64,000 bases of DNA from the NCBI GenBank assembly GCA_963733675.1, contig CAVTET010000003.1:544001-608000 (forward strand). The letters run 5' to 3'. Shown here piece after piece: positions 21,837 through 33,412 of the stretch. Numbering within the stretch: the stretch's first letter is position 1; each line of letters begins with the position of its first letter. The translations under genes were made by a program, and so were the position numbers. This DNA is from an uncultured Methanosarcinaceae archaeon. Its GTDB lineage: Archaea > Halobacteriota > Methanosarcinia > Methanosarcinales > Methanosarcinaceae. The notes beneath the pieces are model-generated. The model saw only the letters and a program-made list of their open reading frames with translations, did no database searches and had not been told where the DNA came from.

Positions 21837-22811
21837 TCACGGCAAATTATGGCTTTGAAGCATTAATCCTATTAAATCATTATTTGAAAAGCAATATTCT
21901 CCCTCGATATTCACGGAATTAGGAAGTTCTCCAAATTTATTTTTCAAAAGGAGATCTCCTATTTCCTCCTGCATAACGTGGCTAATTCCAAGAATTGAGG
22001 CCGTAAGTCTGGGATTTACATCCACCACATATGGAAGGTCAGCAAGTACTATATCTACTCCCACGTACCCAAAACATCCCAAGCATTCTACTGTGGAGAT
22101 TGCAGTTTCATTGAGTTCTTCTATCCTGGGAGTCCTATATGGAGTCCGACTTCCATTGTATTTTATGGAGAAAACTTCTTTTTTTTCTCCCTCTTCTCTG
22201 ATTTCGCTTTTTTTCTGGCCAAACTCTATTAACTGGAGATTTACAGTGAGTGGAAGAGGCTTTTTGCCTGCGATAAGGCTGACGCTAATATGCTTCCCGT
22301 CAATATATTCAGTTGCAATGAACTTTTCACTATTCTCAAATTTCGTGACAAGATAAGTTGCCTCCGCTCCGCAGCCAAATCTGGGTTTTGTAACATATTT
22401 TTTCCCTCCTTCAGCTTTTTTCACGATCTTAGGAGTCTTAATTCCGGCTTTTTTCAGGATTTTTGTGCAAACAAGTTTATCTGCACAATAGGCTGTCGAT
22501 TTTGGTGAGCATCCAAGATTTACAGTGTTTTCTTCAAGAATTTTGTTCAGTTCTGGAAGCATACAGTCTGGGGCAATAACTAGACCAGCGTCGCAATCCT
22601 GGGCTTTTTTCTCAATTATCTGCCTGAAGTTTTGTGCTGTGGAATTAATAACCGTGCCTTTTCCTGTTTTTATGCCTGCTGAAGGATAATACACTTCATG
22701 CCCCAAGCTGACAAAGCTTTCTGCGAGGGTTTTTAGCATAGCTACTCCCTCGGGGATCAGGGACTTTTTAACATTCGTGCCGACAGCGAATTCTGCAATG
22801 AGGATATTCAT
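21837..22811 (-). CDS. mfnD: ATP-grasp protein, probable tyramine-L-glutamate ligase (methanofuran biosynthesis)
   Basis: EGVAMLKTL, LVIAPD, KPRFGCGA, GYVGVD and DVNPRLTAS motifs. Confidence 0.75.
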   Translation of the reverse strand: MNILIAEFAVGTNVKKSLIPEGVAMLKTLAESFVSLGHEVYYPSAGIKTGKGTVINSTAQNFRQIIEKKAQDCDAGLVIAPDCMLPELNKILEENTVNLGCSPKSTAYCADKLVCTKILKKAGIKTPKIVKKAEGGKKYVTKPRFGCGAEATYLVTKFENSEKFIATEYIDGKHISVSLIAGKKPLPLTVNLQLIEFGQKKSEIREEGEKKEVFSIKYNGSRTPYRTPRIEELNETAISTVECLGCFGYVGVDIVLADLPYVVDVNPRLTASILGISHVMQEEIGDLLLKNKFGELPNSVNIEGEYCFSNNDLIGLMLQSHNLP

Positions 22812-22976
22812 TGAAAAGGAAAGATCAACTCTTTATATTTTACTTTTTTCCTGTGAGATTAGGCTGAAAGTGATGAACAAAATAACTAAATGAAGTGTAC
22901 TTAGTGAAGGTTTATATATTTTTATATAGTTTATAGTATGAGGTTAAATGTGTAGGGTATATAGGCGGCTGGTACT

Positions 22977-23408
22977 ATAAACAGCAAAGATTCCAATTTT
23001 CAGTCCATATTTGGAAACCCTTTCGCGAAAACCCTTTCTGTTGCGGTTTTCATGGGTATATTTCTTGTTGACCTGGGTCTAGGGCTATTTGCTATTTTTC
23101 TTAATAAAGCAAGTCCATTTCCTCCAGCAATCGTACTTTTGGTCTTCTCAGTGATGTTTATTGCAGGAATGGTTTTTTTCGAAAAGTATGGTTTAAACAC
23201 TCTTTATTCTATTATCGGAGGAGCTCTTGCAGGTTTTGGTCTTTGCTTTTTGGTTGTATTATTTGTGGGAGGCTTGCAGTTTACTTTAGGAGGAGGGATC
23301 TCTATCATTGGGTGGAACCAGGTACTTTCTGCTGTCGCAGTTTCTATGGTTATAAGCATCATTATGCTTAGAGCACTTCCATATAAACTTCAAAAATACT
23401 TCCAATGA
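22977..23408 (+). CDS. Membrane protein upstream of grpE (orf16-like)
   Basis: Four hydrophobic segments; frame open 25 codons upstream of ATG 23052 to ATA 22977; start uncertain. Confidence 0.7.
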   Translation: MNSKDSNFQSIFGNPFAKTLSVAVFMGIFLVDLGLGLFAIFLNKASPFPPAIVLLVFSVMFIAGMVFFEKYGLNTLYSIIGGALAGFGLCFLVVLFVGGLQFTLGGGISIIGWNQVLSAVAVSMVISIIMLRALPYKLQKYFQ

Positions 23409-23530
23409 TTTTTCTTTTTTTCTTTTTTGAAATTGTATACATCTAAATTAGACAAAAATTATTTATAGAACTACAAACAATCACATTTCAGGATGAGCGT
23501 AACCGTTACAATTAATAGGATGGGGATCGA

Positions 23531-24163
23531 TTGATGAAGGTAATGGATAAAGAAGAAAAAACTGATCCTACAGAAGATACCCAGATTGGGGCTGAAAGTT
23601 CCGGATCCTGTAATTCTGGTTCTTCGGCAGCAAAGACGAATGATCTAAAGGACAACATCGAACAGATTTCTGTTGATTTGGGGGCTGAAAAGGCCTCTGA
23701 GGTTGCTTGCCGGGAAGAAAATGAAATCCTCAAGGATCAGCTTTTTCGGCTTGCAGCAGATTTTGACAATTTCAGAAAACGGATCTCACGCCAGATGGAG
23801 GAAAATCGAAAATTTGCAATTGAGCAGTTGCTTCTTGATTTAGTTGAAATTACAGATAATTTCGATCGCGCTTTGAATTCTGCAAAGACTGCCGTGGATA
23901 TGAACTCGATTATCAGTGGAATAGAACAACTTTCAAAGCAGTTTATTACAATTCTTGAAAAATACGGGCTTCAGAGAATTGAATGCAAAAGAAGCAGTGA
24001 GTTTGACCCTCACAAGCATGAGGCGATTCAACATGTTGAGACCTCTGAAGTACCATGCAATACGGTAGTAGAAGTTCACAGACACGGATATGCTCTTGAT
24101 TCAAAAGTTATCAGACCTACAATGGTTTCAGTAGCAAAAGAGCCAGAAGAGTCCGAAAAATAA
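23531..24163 (+). CDS. grpE: Nucleotide exchange factor GrpE
   Basis: RLAADFDNFRKR, DNFDRAL, FDPHKHEA and GY...VIRP.MV.V motifs. Confidence 0.95.
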   Translation: MMKVMDKEEKTDPTEDTQIGAESSGSCNSGSSAAKTNDLKDNIEQISVDLGAEKASEVACREENEILKDQLFRLAADFDNFRKRISRQMEENRKFAIEQLLLDLVEITDNFDRALNSAKTAVDMNSIISGIEQLSKQFITILEKYGLQRIECKRSSEFDPHKHEAIQHVETSEVPCNTVVEVHRHGYALDSKVIRPTMVSVAKEPEESEK

Positions 24164-24649
24164 AATGACCAGGAAAGAATTAGTCTTTCCATAAATATTT
24201 CTTCGGCCTAATATGATCTTGTTTAGATATACGTTTCATACAGAAGATAATTAATTACTTAATATTTATACTGGAATTTAGAGATAAATTTGGAAAGTCT
24301 TTATTTGTTATTGGTCGTCTGATTTATTAAAGTCGCAGAATCTGGAAAATAGTAATAAATTTTTTCAGAAATGGAAGCTAAAAAAAGTCTATTAACCTTG
24401 TTTAAAAATATCCAAATTAGAATGGCAAAATATTCATTGAATATGATTATATATTCAATTCAACTAAATAATTTTACTTAATTAAATAATCTGGTTTAAT
24501 TGAGTAATTTGGCTTAACGAATTCAGAAAATAATTTAAAATTAACTCTTACATTAAACAATTTGACTTAAACTTGACTAAACTTAATAGTTATCTAACTT
24601 AGTCGTTATCTAAATAATTTGATTAACGATCAATTTTGAGGAGACTAAC

Positions 24650-26503
24650 ATGGCAAAAATATTGGGCATTGACCTTGGTACTACTAATTCATGCATGGCA
24701 ATAATGGAAGGTGGAGAAGCTGTTGTGATTCCGAATGCTGAAGGTGGCAGAACAACTCCTTCAGTAGTAGGATTTTCTAAAAAAGGGGAGAAACTTGTAG
24801 GTCAGGTTGCAAAGAGACAGGCTGTTTCAAATCCTGAAAACACTGTATATTCCATTAAAAGGCATATGGGAGACGCCAATTACAAGGTAACCCTACATGG
24901 AAAACAATATAAGCCTCAGGAAATCTCAGCGATGATACTCCAGAAGCTTAAATCAGATGCAGAAGCTTATCTTGGAGAGAAGATCACGCAGGCTGTTATC
25001 ACGGTTCCCGCATATTTCAATGATTCACAAAGACAAGCGACAAAGGATGCAGGAGAAATCGCAGGGCTTGAAGTTATGCGAATAATCAACGAACCAACTT
25101 CTGCATCCCTTGCATATGGACTCGACAAGGGGGCTATTGAACAAACGATTTTTGTTTATGATCTTGGAGGCGGAACTTTTGATGTGTCCATTCTTGAACT
25201 CGGAGGGGGGGTCTTTGAGGTAAAGTCTACGAGCGGCGATACTCACCTAGGAGGAGATGACTTCGACCAGCGCATTGTTAATCACCTACTTGCCGAATTC
25301 AGGAAAACGGAAGGAATTGACCTTTCAAAGGATAAGTCTGTGCTCCAGCGCTTGACGGATGCTGCAGAAAAAGCCAAGATTGAACTCTCTGGAGTTGCAA
25401 GTACCAATATCAATCTTCCCTTCCTTACAGTCGGCCCGGATGGGGAACCAAAACACCTGGATGTCGATCTAACCAGAGCCCAGTTCCAGAAAATGACCGA
25501 AGACCTCCTTGAAAAAACTCTAGTTTCGATGCGCCAGGCTCTTAGCGACGCAAAGCTGACTCCCAATGATCTTGCCAAAGTGATTTTGGTTGGAGGTGCA
25601 ACAAGGATGCCTGCTGTAGTCGAGCTTGTGGAGAATTTTACAGGCAAAAAACCCTACAAGAACATTAACCCTGATGAGGCTGTTGCAATAGGAGCAGCGA
25701 TTCAGGCTGGTGTGCTCGGTGGCGAAGTCAAAGATATCCTGCTTCTTGACGTAACTCCCCTTTCTTTAGGAATTGAGACTCTTGGAGGGATATCTACTCC
25801 ATTGATCCAAAGAAATACAACAATTCCCACCAAGAAAAGCCAGATATTCTCAACTGCAGCTGATAATCAGCCCTCAGTAGAAATTCATATTCTTCAGGGA
25901 GAAAGAGGAATTGCTTCTGAGAACAAGACCCTCGGAAGCTTCATTCTTAGTGGCATTCCTCCTGCTCCAAGAGGCATCCCGCAGATTGAAGTCACTTTTG
26001 ATATCGATGCAAATGGAATCCTGCATGTGAGTGCAAAGGATCTGGGGACCGGCAAGGAGCAGTCTATTTCTATCCAAAAGCCTGGTGGGCTTACAGACTC
26101 TGAAATCGAGCGTATGATCAAAGATGCAGAATTGCATGCTGATGAAGATAGAAAGCGTAAGGAAGAAGTCGAGACTAGAAACAATGCTGAAGCCCTAGTC
26201 AATGCTTCGGAAAAGACTTTGAAAGATGCTAAAGACATAGCTACAGAAGACCAGAAGTCAAAGGCAAATGCTGCAATAGAAGATCTTAAAAAAGCTCTTG
26301 AAGACAAGGACATCGAAGCTATTAAGGCAAAAACTGAAACTCTTCAAGAAGCTGTGTACCCAATTTCCACGGCGCTTTACCAAAAAGCTCAGGAACAATC
26401 TCAACAAGCAGCAGGCGGAGAAAAAACTGCCGATGTAAAAAATCCTGATGATACTGTCGTTGATGCCGATTATGAGGTAGTTGACGACGAAAAGCATAAA
26501 TAA
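24650..26503 (+). CDS. dnaK: Chaperone DnaK (Hsp70)
   Basis: [17 protein letters not shown] and DLGGGTFD motifs; GAGGAG RBS. Confidence 0.99.
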   Translation: MAKILGIDLGTTNSCMAIMEGGEAVVIPNAEGGRTTPSVVGFSKKGEKLVGQVAKRQAVSNPENTVYSIKRHMGDANYKVTLHGKQYKPQEISAMILQKLKSDAEAYLGEKITQAVITVPAYFNDSQRQATKDAGEIAGLEVMRIINEPTSASLAYGLDKGAIEQTIFVYDLGGGTFDVSILELGGGVFEVKSTSGDTHLGGDDFDQRIVNHLLAEFRKTEGIDLSKDKSVLQRLTDAAEKAKIELSGVASTNINLPFLTVGPDGEPKHLDVDLTRAQFQKMTEDLLEKTLVSMRQALSDAKLTPNDLAKVILVGGATRMPAVVELVENFTGKKPYKNINPDEAVAIGAAIQAGVLGGEVKDILLLDVTPLSLGIETLGGISTPLIQRNTTIPTKKSQIFSTAADNQPSVEIHILQGERGIASENKTLGSFILSGIPPAPRGIPQIEVTFDIDANGILHVSAKDLGTGKEQSISIQKPGGLTDSEIERMIKDAELHADEDRKRKEEVETRNNAEALVNASEKTLKDAKDIATEDQKSKANAAIEDLKKALEDKDIEAIKAKTETLQEAVYPISTALYQKAQEQSQQAAGGEKTADVKNPDDTVVDADYEVVDDEKHK

Positions 26504-26609
26504 ACAGAGAAGAATTTACCGTGATTGCAGGCCTGGAGATTCACAGGCCTGGCTGGAATTTGTTTGCAAATTTTGAATCCTTAATTTTTAAAAATTACAG
26601 GGAATCCTG

Positions 26610-27773
26610 ATGGCTACGACACGTGATTACTACGAAATTCTCGGATTGTCTAAAGACGCCTCAGTTGAGAATATAAAGAAGACTTATCGAAAACTTGCAC
26701 TGAAATATCATCCTGACAGGAACAAGGAACCTAGGGCTGAAGAAAAGTTTAAAGAAATTTCTGAGGCTTATGCAGTTCTTTCAGACCCTGAGAAACGAGC
26801 TCAATACGATCGTTTTGGGCACGCTGGGATAGATGGGCAATACAGTTCAGAAGATATATTCCGGGGTGCAGATTTTAGTGGATTTGGGGATATTTTTGAA
26901 ATGTTTTTCGGAGGCCGTAGTAGAGGTCCTATGGGTCCAAGGAAAGGATCTGATCTCCAATATGATTTTTATATTACCTTTGAAGAGGCTGCTTTTGGGA
27001 TCCACAAGGATATTGATATACAACGGACTGAAAGATGTTCAACTTGTCATGGGACTGGAGCAAGAGAGGGTACAAGCCCAAAACGATGTTCCACGTGCGG
27101 TGGGACAGGTCAGGTCCGCACTACTCGCTCCGGCTTGGGTATGCAGTTTGTAAGCACCAATACATGTAGTACCTGTCATGGCAGGGGACAGATTATTGAG
27201 TCTCCTTGCTCCATTTGCAAAGGGGCAGGTAGAGTTAGAAATAAGAGGAAGATAACAGTAAACGTGCCTGCAGGAGCAGATTCAGGAATGATCCTCAGGC
27301 TTAGTGGGGAAGGCGATGCAGGAGAACCAGGTGCACCAGCTGGTGATCTTTATGTTATCATCCATTTAATGGAACACAGGTATTTCAAGCGGGTCGATTA
27401 TGATGTAATTTCCGAACTTCCAATCTCCTTTTCCCAGGTTGCACTCGGAGGGGATGTGATGGTCGATACCCTTTATGGTAAGGTTAAAATGAATATCCCT
27501 CCAGGAACTCAAACTCATTCTGTTTTCAGGCTTAAAGACAAGGGAATCCAGCATATGCAAGGGCATGGAAGAGGTGATCAGCTCGTCAGAGTTATAATCA
27601 AAACTCCCAACAGACTTACTTCTGAACAGAAAGAACTTCTCCGTCAGTTTGAATACCTGAGCGAGGGTAAAAAATCCGATGGAAGTGAAAGAGACCCTAA
27701 TGAAGGATCAAAAGAGAAACAAAAGAAAACCAAGGGTCTTTTTGAGAAAGTAAAGGATGCATTTGAAGGTTAA
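26610..27773 (+). CDS. dnaJ: Chaperone DnaJ
   Basis: J domain with HPD, G/F-rich region and four CxxCxGxG repeats. Confidence 0.98.
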   Translation: MATTRDYYEILGLSKDASVENIKKTYRKLALKYHPDRNKEPRAEEKFKEISEAYAVLSDPEKRAQYDRFGHAGIDGQYSSEDIFRGADFSGFGDIFEMFFGGRSRGPMGPRKGSDLQYDFYITFEEAAFGIHKDIDIQRTERCSTCHGTGAREGTSPKRCSTCGGTGQVRTTRSGLGMQFVSTNTCSTCHGRGQIIESPCSICKGAGRVRNKRKITVNVPAGADSGMILRLSGEGDAGEPGAPAGDLYVIIHLMEHRYFKRVDYDVISELPISFSQVALGGDVMVDTLYGKVKMNIPPGTQTHSVFRLKDKGIQHMQGHGRGDQLVRVIIKTPNRLTSEQKELLRQFEYLSEGKKSDGSERDPNEGSKEKQKKTKGLFEKVKDAFEG

Positions 27774-28003
27774 AAGCAGCTTCAAATTGCACTTCAATCT
27801 TTTTGGAAGACATTATTTCTTATATGCAATTTCTATCGTGTTTTCACAGTTGTGTTGCTGGGATCAAAATTTTGCTGACTATAGAATGAAAAACTGATGG
27901 AATATTACTATCAAAAAGAGTCTTTTTAATTATTACTGATCCATTTTCTTAATATGACAGTAGTTGATATTCAATCTAACCTCTAATGAATAATTCAACA
28001 TCC

Positions 28004-28070
28004 TGTGTAAAAAATTTACACAAATATAAAATTTGTTTGCCTAGTTGGTCACTATTATTCTTTAAAAGTT
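28004..28070. repeat. Dispersed IS110-end-like repeat (copy 2)
   Basis: AAATTTGTTTGCCTAGTTGGTCACTATTATTCTTTAAAAGTT. Confidence 0.6.
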
Positions 28071-28579
28071 AGGTAACTATTCCGATTGGGCTAAAGAATA
28101 TTAATAGCCATCTTTATTGGATTCAATGACAAATTTATGTGGGCTGATTTACTTAACTCTCGGCTATATTAGCTTAGCTATCAGGGTGATCTTATGATCG
28201 CAGGTGAAGATATGCCTGTAGCCCGCTGAAAAGTCTAATTTAAGGTACTAAATACATAGTTATTATAATTAGATTTTATTTAGGATACATTTTTTGCATA
28301 ATACTAAATAGTATTAATTTAATATAAATAGTAAATCAATTATAGAAGTCTGTTCTTGTAAATGGCTTTCTATTGTTCCTTGAGGCTGTGATGAAGGCTG
28401 CAAGGGAGAGTTACATCCCTACATCATAGAGGTCCTGGCGCATAAAAATAGTCTTTTTCTTTTACAGAAATGCTCTAGTTTATAGATTTTGCATTGGTTT
28501 CGAAGAAATTAAAAGCTGTTTTTATTGATTCTTTTGCCTAAGAATGTGAAGTCAGTGCATATTACCTTAGTACTTATTT

Positions 28580-28800
28580 TTTAGGACTAACCCATTATGA
28601 AGTTGATGGATAAGACTACTCAACTTTTCACGAAACCTGCCTTGAAAATGATGAAAATTGTCAACATCAATACTCAATTTATACGTTGTCAACCATAAAT
28701 TTTGGCATTTATGGAGACTGCAAACATATCGATGGTATTTCCGCAATCAAAATTAAATGTGGTCACGCAAAAGATAATAGAGATTACTTGAACTTTTTGG
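28580..28800 (+). pseudogene. IS1634-like transposase fragment
   Basis: TTQLFTK..LKMMKIVNINTQFIRC...NFGIYGDCKHIDGISAIKIKCGHAKDNRDYL resembles the D.T.FSVYG...YGH.KD.R.DL motif. Confidence 0.55.
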
Positions 28801-28900
28801 ACTTGAAATAATAACAAATCAGTATGAACTCTTACTATTCTCAAGTGCTTTTTTCGGTGATGAATTTATTTTCATTCACTCCATTTCTTAAGGTATGCTA

Positions 28901-29083
28901 TTATCGGAAGAATTTATTTTCGATTACATTTGCGATATTAGGGATCGTCCAGTTTAATTTTAATAATCCCTTTCGAGTTTTTTGTTTTTCTCTTGTTTTA
29001 TATATGTCCTTCGATAGTTTCACGGTGATACCTCCCGAAACTATTACTGTGACAATCATTTGTAGGTATTGCATTAACAACAT
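28901..29083 (-). CDS. Small putative membrane protein (60 aa) coupled to the glycosyltransferase
   Basis: ATG 1 nt after the glycosyltransferase stop codon; hydrophobic N-terminus and basic tail. Confidence 0.45.
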   Translation of the reverse strand: MLLMQYLQMIVTVIVSGGITVKLSKDIYKTREKQKTRKGLLKLNWTIPNIANVIENKFFR

Positions 29084-29084
29084 G

Positions 29085-30164
29085 TTACCATTCCTGATTC
29101 GGGTTAAAGAGGAAGAGATAGTATGCATAGACTAGCTGAGCAATAGTAAACCATGCATACAGCAATTGCGGGATAAATGTCAATCTTACAATATAGTCCC
29201 ATTTTTTAGGATTTTGTACGTATCGCAGTGTATAGATGCAGTCTACGTACATTACACACATTACAAGAATGAACATCATATTCAAATGATAGACACCTCT
29301 TATAATGTCTTCTAAGGTATAATCTAGCAAAATACCCTGGATCGACAACATAATCCAGAATAATACGGTGTTAAGGATATCTTTTCTGGTGCTTCTATTC
29401 CAGCCATGTTCCCATAAGGTGTCAATTCCACCACGAAGCCAGCGAACCCGCTGTTTCCACAAATCTGCTAGCTTTAATGGAACATCTGTCCAGGCATACA
29501 TCCCAAAACCTGCAGCAATATGGTAACCTAGTTCTTTCAAAGTCACCGTCAGCTCATAGTCTTCGGTGATGTTATGAACATCGTATACAGTACAATCCGG
29601 TTTCCCAGCAGTTCTACGTCTTGCCATAACTGCTTTTATCGCTTCGATCTTGTACACTGTGCACATACCGTGCGCGACTTTAATACTTGTGCCCTGTCCA
29701 ATTCGACTCCGATCGAATTCTGCATATTCTACATACTGCCAGTGATATATTAGCTTTTCAAAAAATCCGCGAGTCACCTGTTTGACTACACCGGCACGGG
29801 AGCACACAGCACCGAGTAGAGGATCTAGCTGAAATTCTATTAGTGCTTGTTCAACCAGATCTGAAGCTATGACTGTATCACCATCAACTGATAATACATA
29901 ATCATACGGTTCCAGATCGATGGTTTGATATGCAGTATTCAATGCCCCAGATTTCTTAAATTTATTACCCACAGTTTCTATCAAACTGATGTGGTTATTA
30001 GTAGCAGCTATATTTTTTACTATTTTCGGCGTGTCATCTGTGCTATTATCATTGATGACAACAACATCGACAGTGTGCGTTTGCGAGAGAAGTGATTCAA
30101 TTGTAGAACGGATTACTTTTTCCTCATTATGTGCTGGCACAAAAGCGATGACATTTGTTGTCAT
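29085..30164 (-). CDS. Processive GT2 glycosyltransferase (PgaC/IcaA/cellulose synthase-like)
   Basis: PAHNEE, DNSTDDT, KSGALN, VDGDT, TED and QRVRW motifs; C-terminal transmembrane segments. Confidence 0.9.
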   Translation of the reverse strand: MTTNVIAFVPAHNEEKVIRSTIESLLSQTHTVDVVVINDNSTDDTPKIVKNIAATNNHISLIETVGNKFKKSGALNTAYQTIDLEPYDYVLSVDGDTVIASDLVEQALIEFQLDPLLGAVCSRAGVVKQVTRGFFEKLIYHWQYVEYAEFDRSRIGQGTSIKVAHGMCTVYKIEAIKAVMARRRTAGKPDCTVYDVHNITEDYELTVTLKELGYHIAAGFGMYAWTDVPLKLADLWKQRVRWLRGGIDTLWEHGWNRSTRKDILNTVLFWIMLSIQGILLDYTLEDIIRGVYHLNMMFILVMCVMYVDCIYTLRYVQNPKKWDYIVRLTFIPQLLYAWFTIAQLVYAYYLFLFNPNQEW

Positions 30165-30570
30165 TTCATCATCCCCAAAGACTATCAAATATTTATATTT
30201 ATACTAACTTATTATCCCATTATCTATGCTATCATCATTGATGACAACAACATCAACCTTGTGCGTTTGCGGAAGAAGTGATTCAATTGTTGAACGGATT
30301 CTTTTAGCTTCATTATGTGTTAGCACAAATGCGATGACATTTATTGTCATTTCATCAGCTCCAAAGACTATCAAATATTTATATTTATGCTAACTTATTA
30401 TCCTGTTATCTATGCTATCCTCATTGATGACAACAACATCTACCTTGTACATTTGCGGAAGAAGTGATTCGATTATTGCAACGGATTCTTTTAGCCTCAC
30501 TATGCCCTGGTGCAAACGCGGTGATATTTATTATCATTTTATCATTCAAATAGACAATTATTTGTATATA
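30040..30570 (-). repeat. 186-bp tandem triplication of the glycosyltransferase 5' end and leader
   Basis: ATTGATGACAACAACATC recurs at 30051, 30237 and 30423. Confidence 0.92.
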
Positions 30571-32639
30571 GTCTATTTTATCATCATTTTTTCCTCTATA
30601 AAAAAATCAGTTTAATTTTCATCATATTGTTACTATTCAGAATGAACAAAACACGATCGATAATCCTCTTTATAAAGATTTGGTGAGCAAATCTCGCTGG
30701 TTTTTCCCGTTAACTGTAAGCTATTGACCATTTTTTTATTTCTCCATTGATTAGTAATCTAAAGTTTTATTGCATCAAATTGGATATATGTCAACTGATT
30801 TTTGTAGGCTGAATAGTTGTATCATATTTTTCTTGTCTAAAGTTCAATTTTTTCTTTAAATTATATTAATTTCTTATTACTATTGAGTAATAAGTAATAT
30901 ATAAACTACTAATGATATACAAGTAAATAAATCTAATTATTTATAACCAGTTATTATAAAATATTAATGGATTATCTGATAACTTGCTTGAATATTATTC
31001 CTCATTTTCTGAAAGGTTTGATATGATTTGATTGTTTAATCATTATATGGATCATGATAGCATAGATAAATTCTTGACTGGATTTTGATAATCTTTTATC
31101 TGCAATAATTATTTATATGCTATTTATAAGCATATGGCACAATTTAGGGATTTATCGAAATACTCTTTGTTCAAACGGCGACAAAGACCAAGACATCCAA
31201 ATTTACGTTCTACTATCAGAGATGAGACAATACTTGAAAATATTTAACTTTATCATTACGCTTTACTATTTCCAATACCGAATCACAAACTATAGTCCTC
31301 ATTTTAAATAATGCGACATTTTATATGTAAACTTATGCTTTTCACAATATTTATTCAGTTCTTAATTTAATATTTTAATTTTGTTTGAATTATTCTTTGA
31401 CATTAACATTTCACTTGTCGTTTTTTGATTTTTAGACATCTTGATTTATTTGAATCCCAATAAAAATTACTATCAAGTGGTGATGATTAGATGATTAGGG
31501 TTCAGGAATATTTTGAACTCAGCTATAATTCGATTGTGAATGCCTGGTTAGCTTTTCTAATCTAGGTCTACAAATTATTTTCCTAATCTAAATAGTTAAC
31601 AATTTGTCTAATTCGTGAATCTGAATAAAGTATTTTAAATTTTTCTTTGACAAATTGAATTACATCTTTTTTTGCCAACAACGGTAATCAACATCATATG
31701 CTTGTGTTGGCTCTGAAAGTGCTGTCCTTAACTCAGAAAGTTGTTTTGCTTTTAAAGATACTTTATTCCTAAACATTTTTGCATTTAAGGCTGAATAAAC
31801 CTTTTTTCCCAACATGCTTTATCCATCGATAAACTGTGAGCAATATGCTGAAAAATCTTCTACAACTTTCGTTTGCTTCAAGCCATTTTTACCAATAATA
31901 AGGATTAGATCTCATATGTTCTTTTTTGTCGCAGAAACAATGGTTTTCTTAGTAGTATCATCCGTAGAAAACATTTTCAAGCTTATAATTGTACTAATAT
32001 ACTAATATCTAATATAATAATTTTGCAGTATATATAAAGGTGACTATACTTTGACCCCGTCAACAAGTTTACTGGCAACCAGAATCATACAAGATAATAT
32101 GAAATCTGGAAAATGTCCTACTTTTTTCAGAACAAATTTAATTCTATCTTGATCTCGGTATTCGCAGAATGAACTACAACCATCATCACCTATTTGCATC
32201 TACTATAATTTGACACTTTTACCTTTTTACTTTCTTACCTTAATTTCCCAGTGTAAATTTATTTTTGAATGAAATCTCATTTTTTTGGAAAAAAATCCTT
32301 TTACAACCTTCTGAGATTAGATCCGAATTTGGGAAAATAAAAATCAAGGGGCAGAAAATTATGTGTTAAATGGATAATAGAAGTGGGTCCAAAATTTGTT
32401 GCCCTAATATTTTTCTTTCATTCTTCTAAAAAATGAAAATTCCCTTCAAACCTAAAAATAAAAATGGAGAATCAGGGTTTTTATCAGTATTATGACCGCA
32501 AATTTCAGATGTATCGGTGGTTTTAATTCCTAGACTGTATAGGAAAATTTAATAAAGATGGTTCTCTGTCATATTTAATTCTTGTTCAGTTCTCAGTACA
32601 GTATTTATCTGTTCCAAAATTTCTTCAAGCTATAATAAT

Positions 32640-33368
32640 GGGTATTCAGAAGATAATTGTTGATAACTGCATAGAAGAGGAGATCCGGGGACAATTGCAA
32701 AGCCAATTTAATTGCCTTGGTTCGGAAGTGAAAAAGGAAAATGATTTAGAACACTACTTTTATACATTCTGATTTTGGAGATGCAAAAGAGGATAAACCT
32801 CGAGAAACGAAGCAAAAATATGAAGAATTAGAGATGTAACCTGGTCAAAAAAAGTTAAAAGTCTCACTTTGGATACAAACTGAATAGTATAAGAGATCGG
32901 GATTATAAGTTGATTAGAAAATTCGAAACAACGACTTTATCATTTAAAGATTCTCAGATAGATTTGTCCGAACAAAATGAAGTGGTTTCCAGAGACAAAG
33001 GATACTTTGGAGCAAAGCCAAAAGGGTTTGATGCAACAATTAAAAGAGCAGTAAAATTCCCTATTGGAATGAGTGATTTTTTTAAGAAACAAGCGAATTA
33101 GCTCAATAAAATGCTCAAAATGAAAGAGTGTATATAGTAACTAAAAAAATATTAACGGCAGAAAAAGTTTTTGTCACTAATGTTCAAAGAGTGAACCTGA
33201 AGTTATTGTATAAGACTTTTTGTTATAATAGCTATCAGTTGATGAAATTGGGACTAAAAGAATAATGAACCAGAATAGAAATAACCGGGTCAAATACAAA
33301 ATTCACGAGAAAAATTTGTACAGGATTCTCGTGAGGCAATTAATGAAGAGGTAAGTTCGAATCTTCTA
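32640..33368 (+). mobile_element. IS5-family transposase relic
   Basis: GYKLNSIRDRDYKLIRKFETTT...DSQIDLSE...RDKGYFG; many stops and frameshifts. Confidence 0.7.
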
Positions 33369-33412
33369 TAGTGTAAAAAGGTATAAAGCCAGAAAAAATA
33401 AGCTGATATCCC

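Noticed and set aside
30040-30570. CRISPR array or DGR template/variable repeat
   Set aside because: Contiguous 186-bp units without unique spacers; differences are not adenine-specific; no reverse transcriptase in the window
31500-32005. Coding-like minus-strand stretch with several stops
   Set aside because: Likely a pseudogene, but no identifiable family
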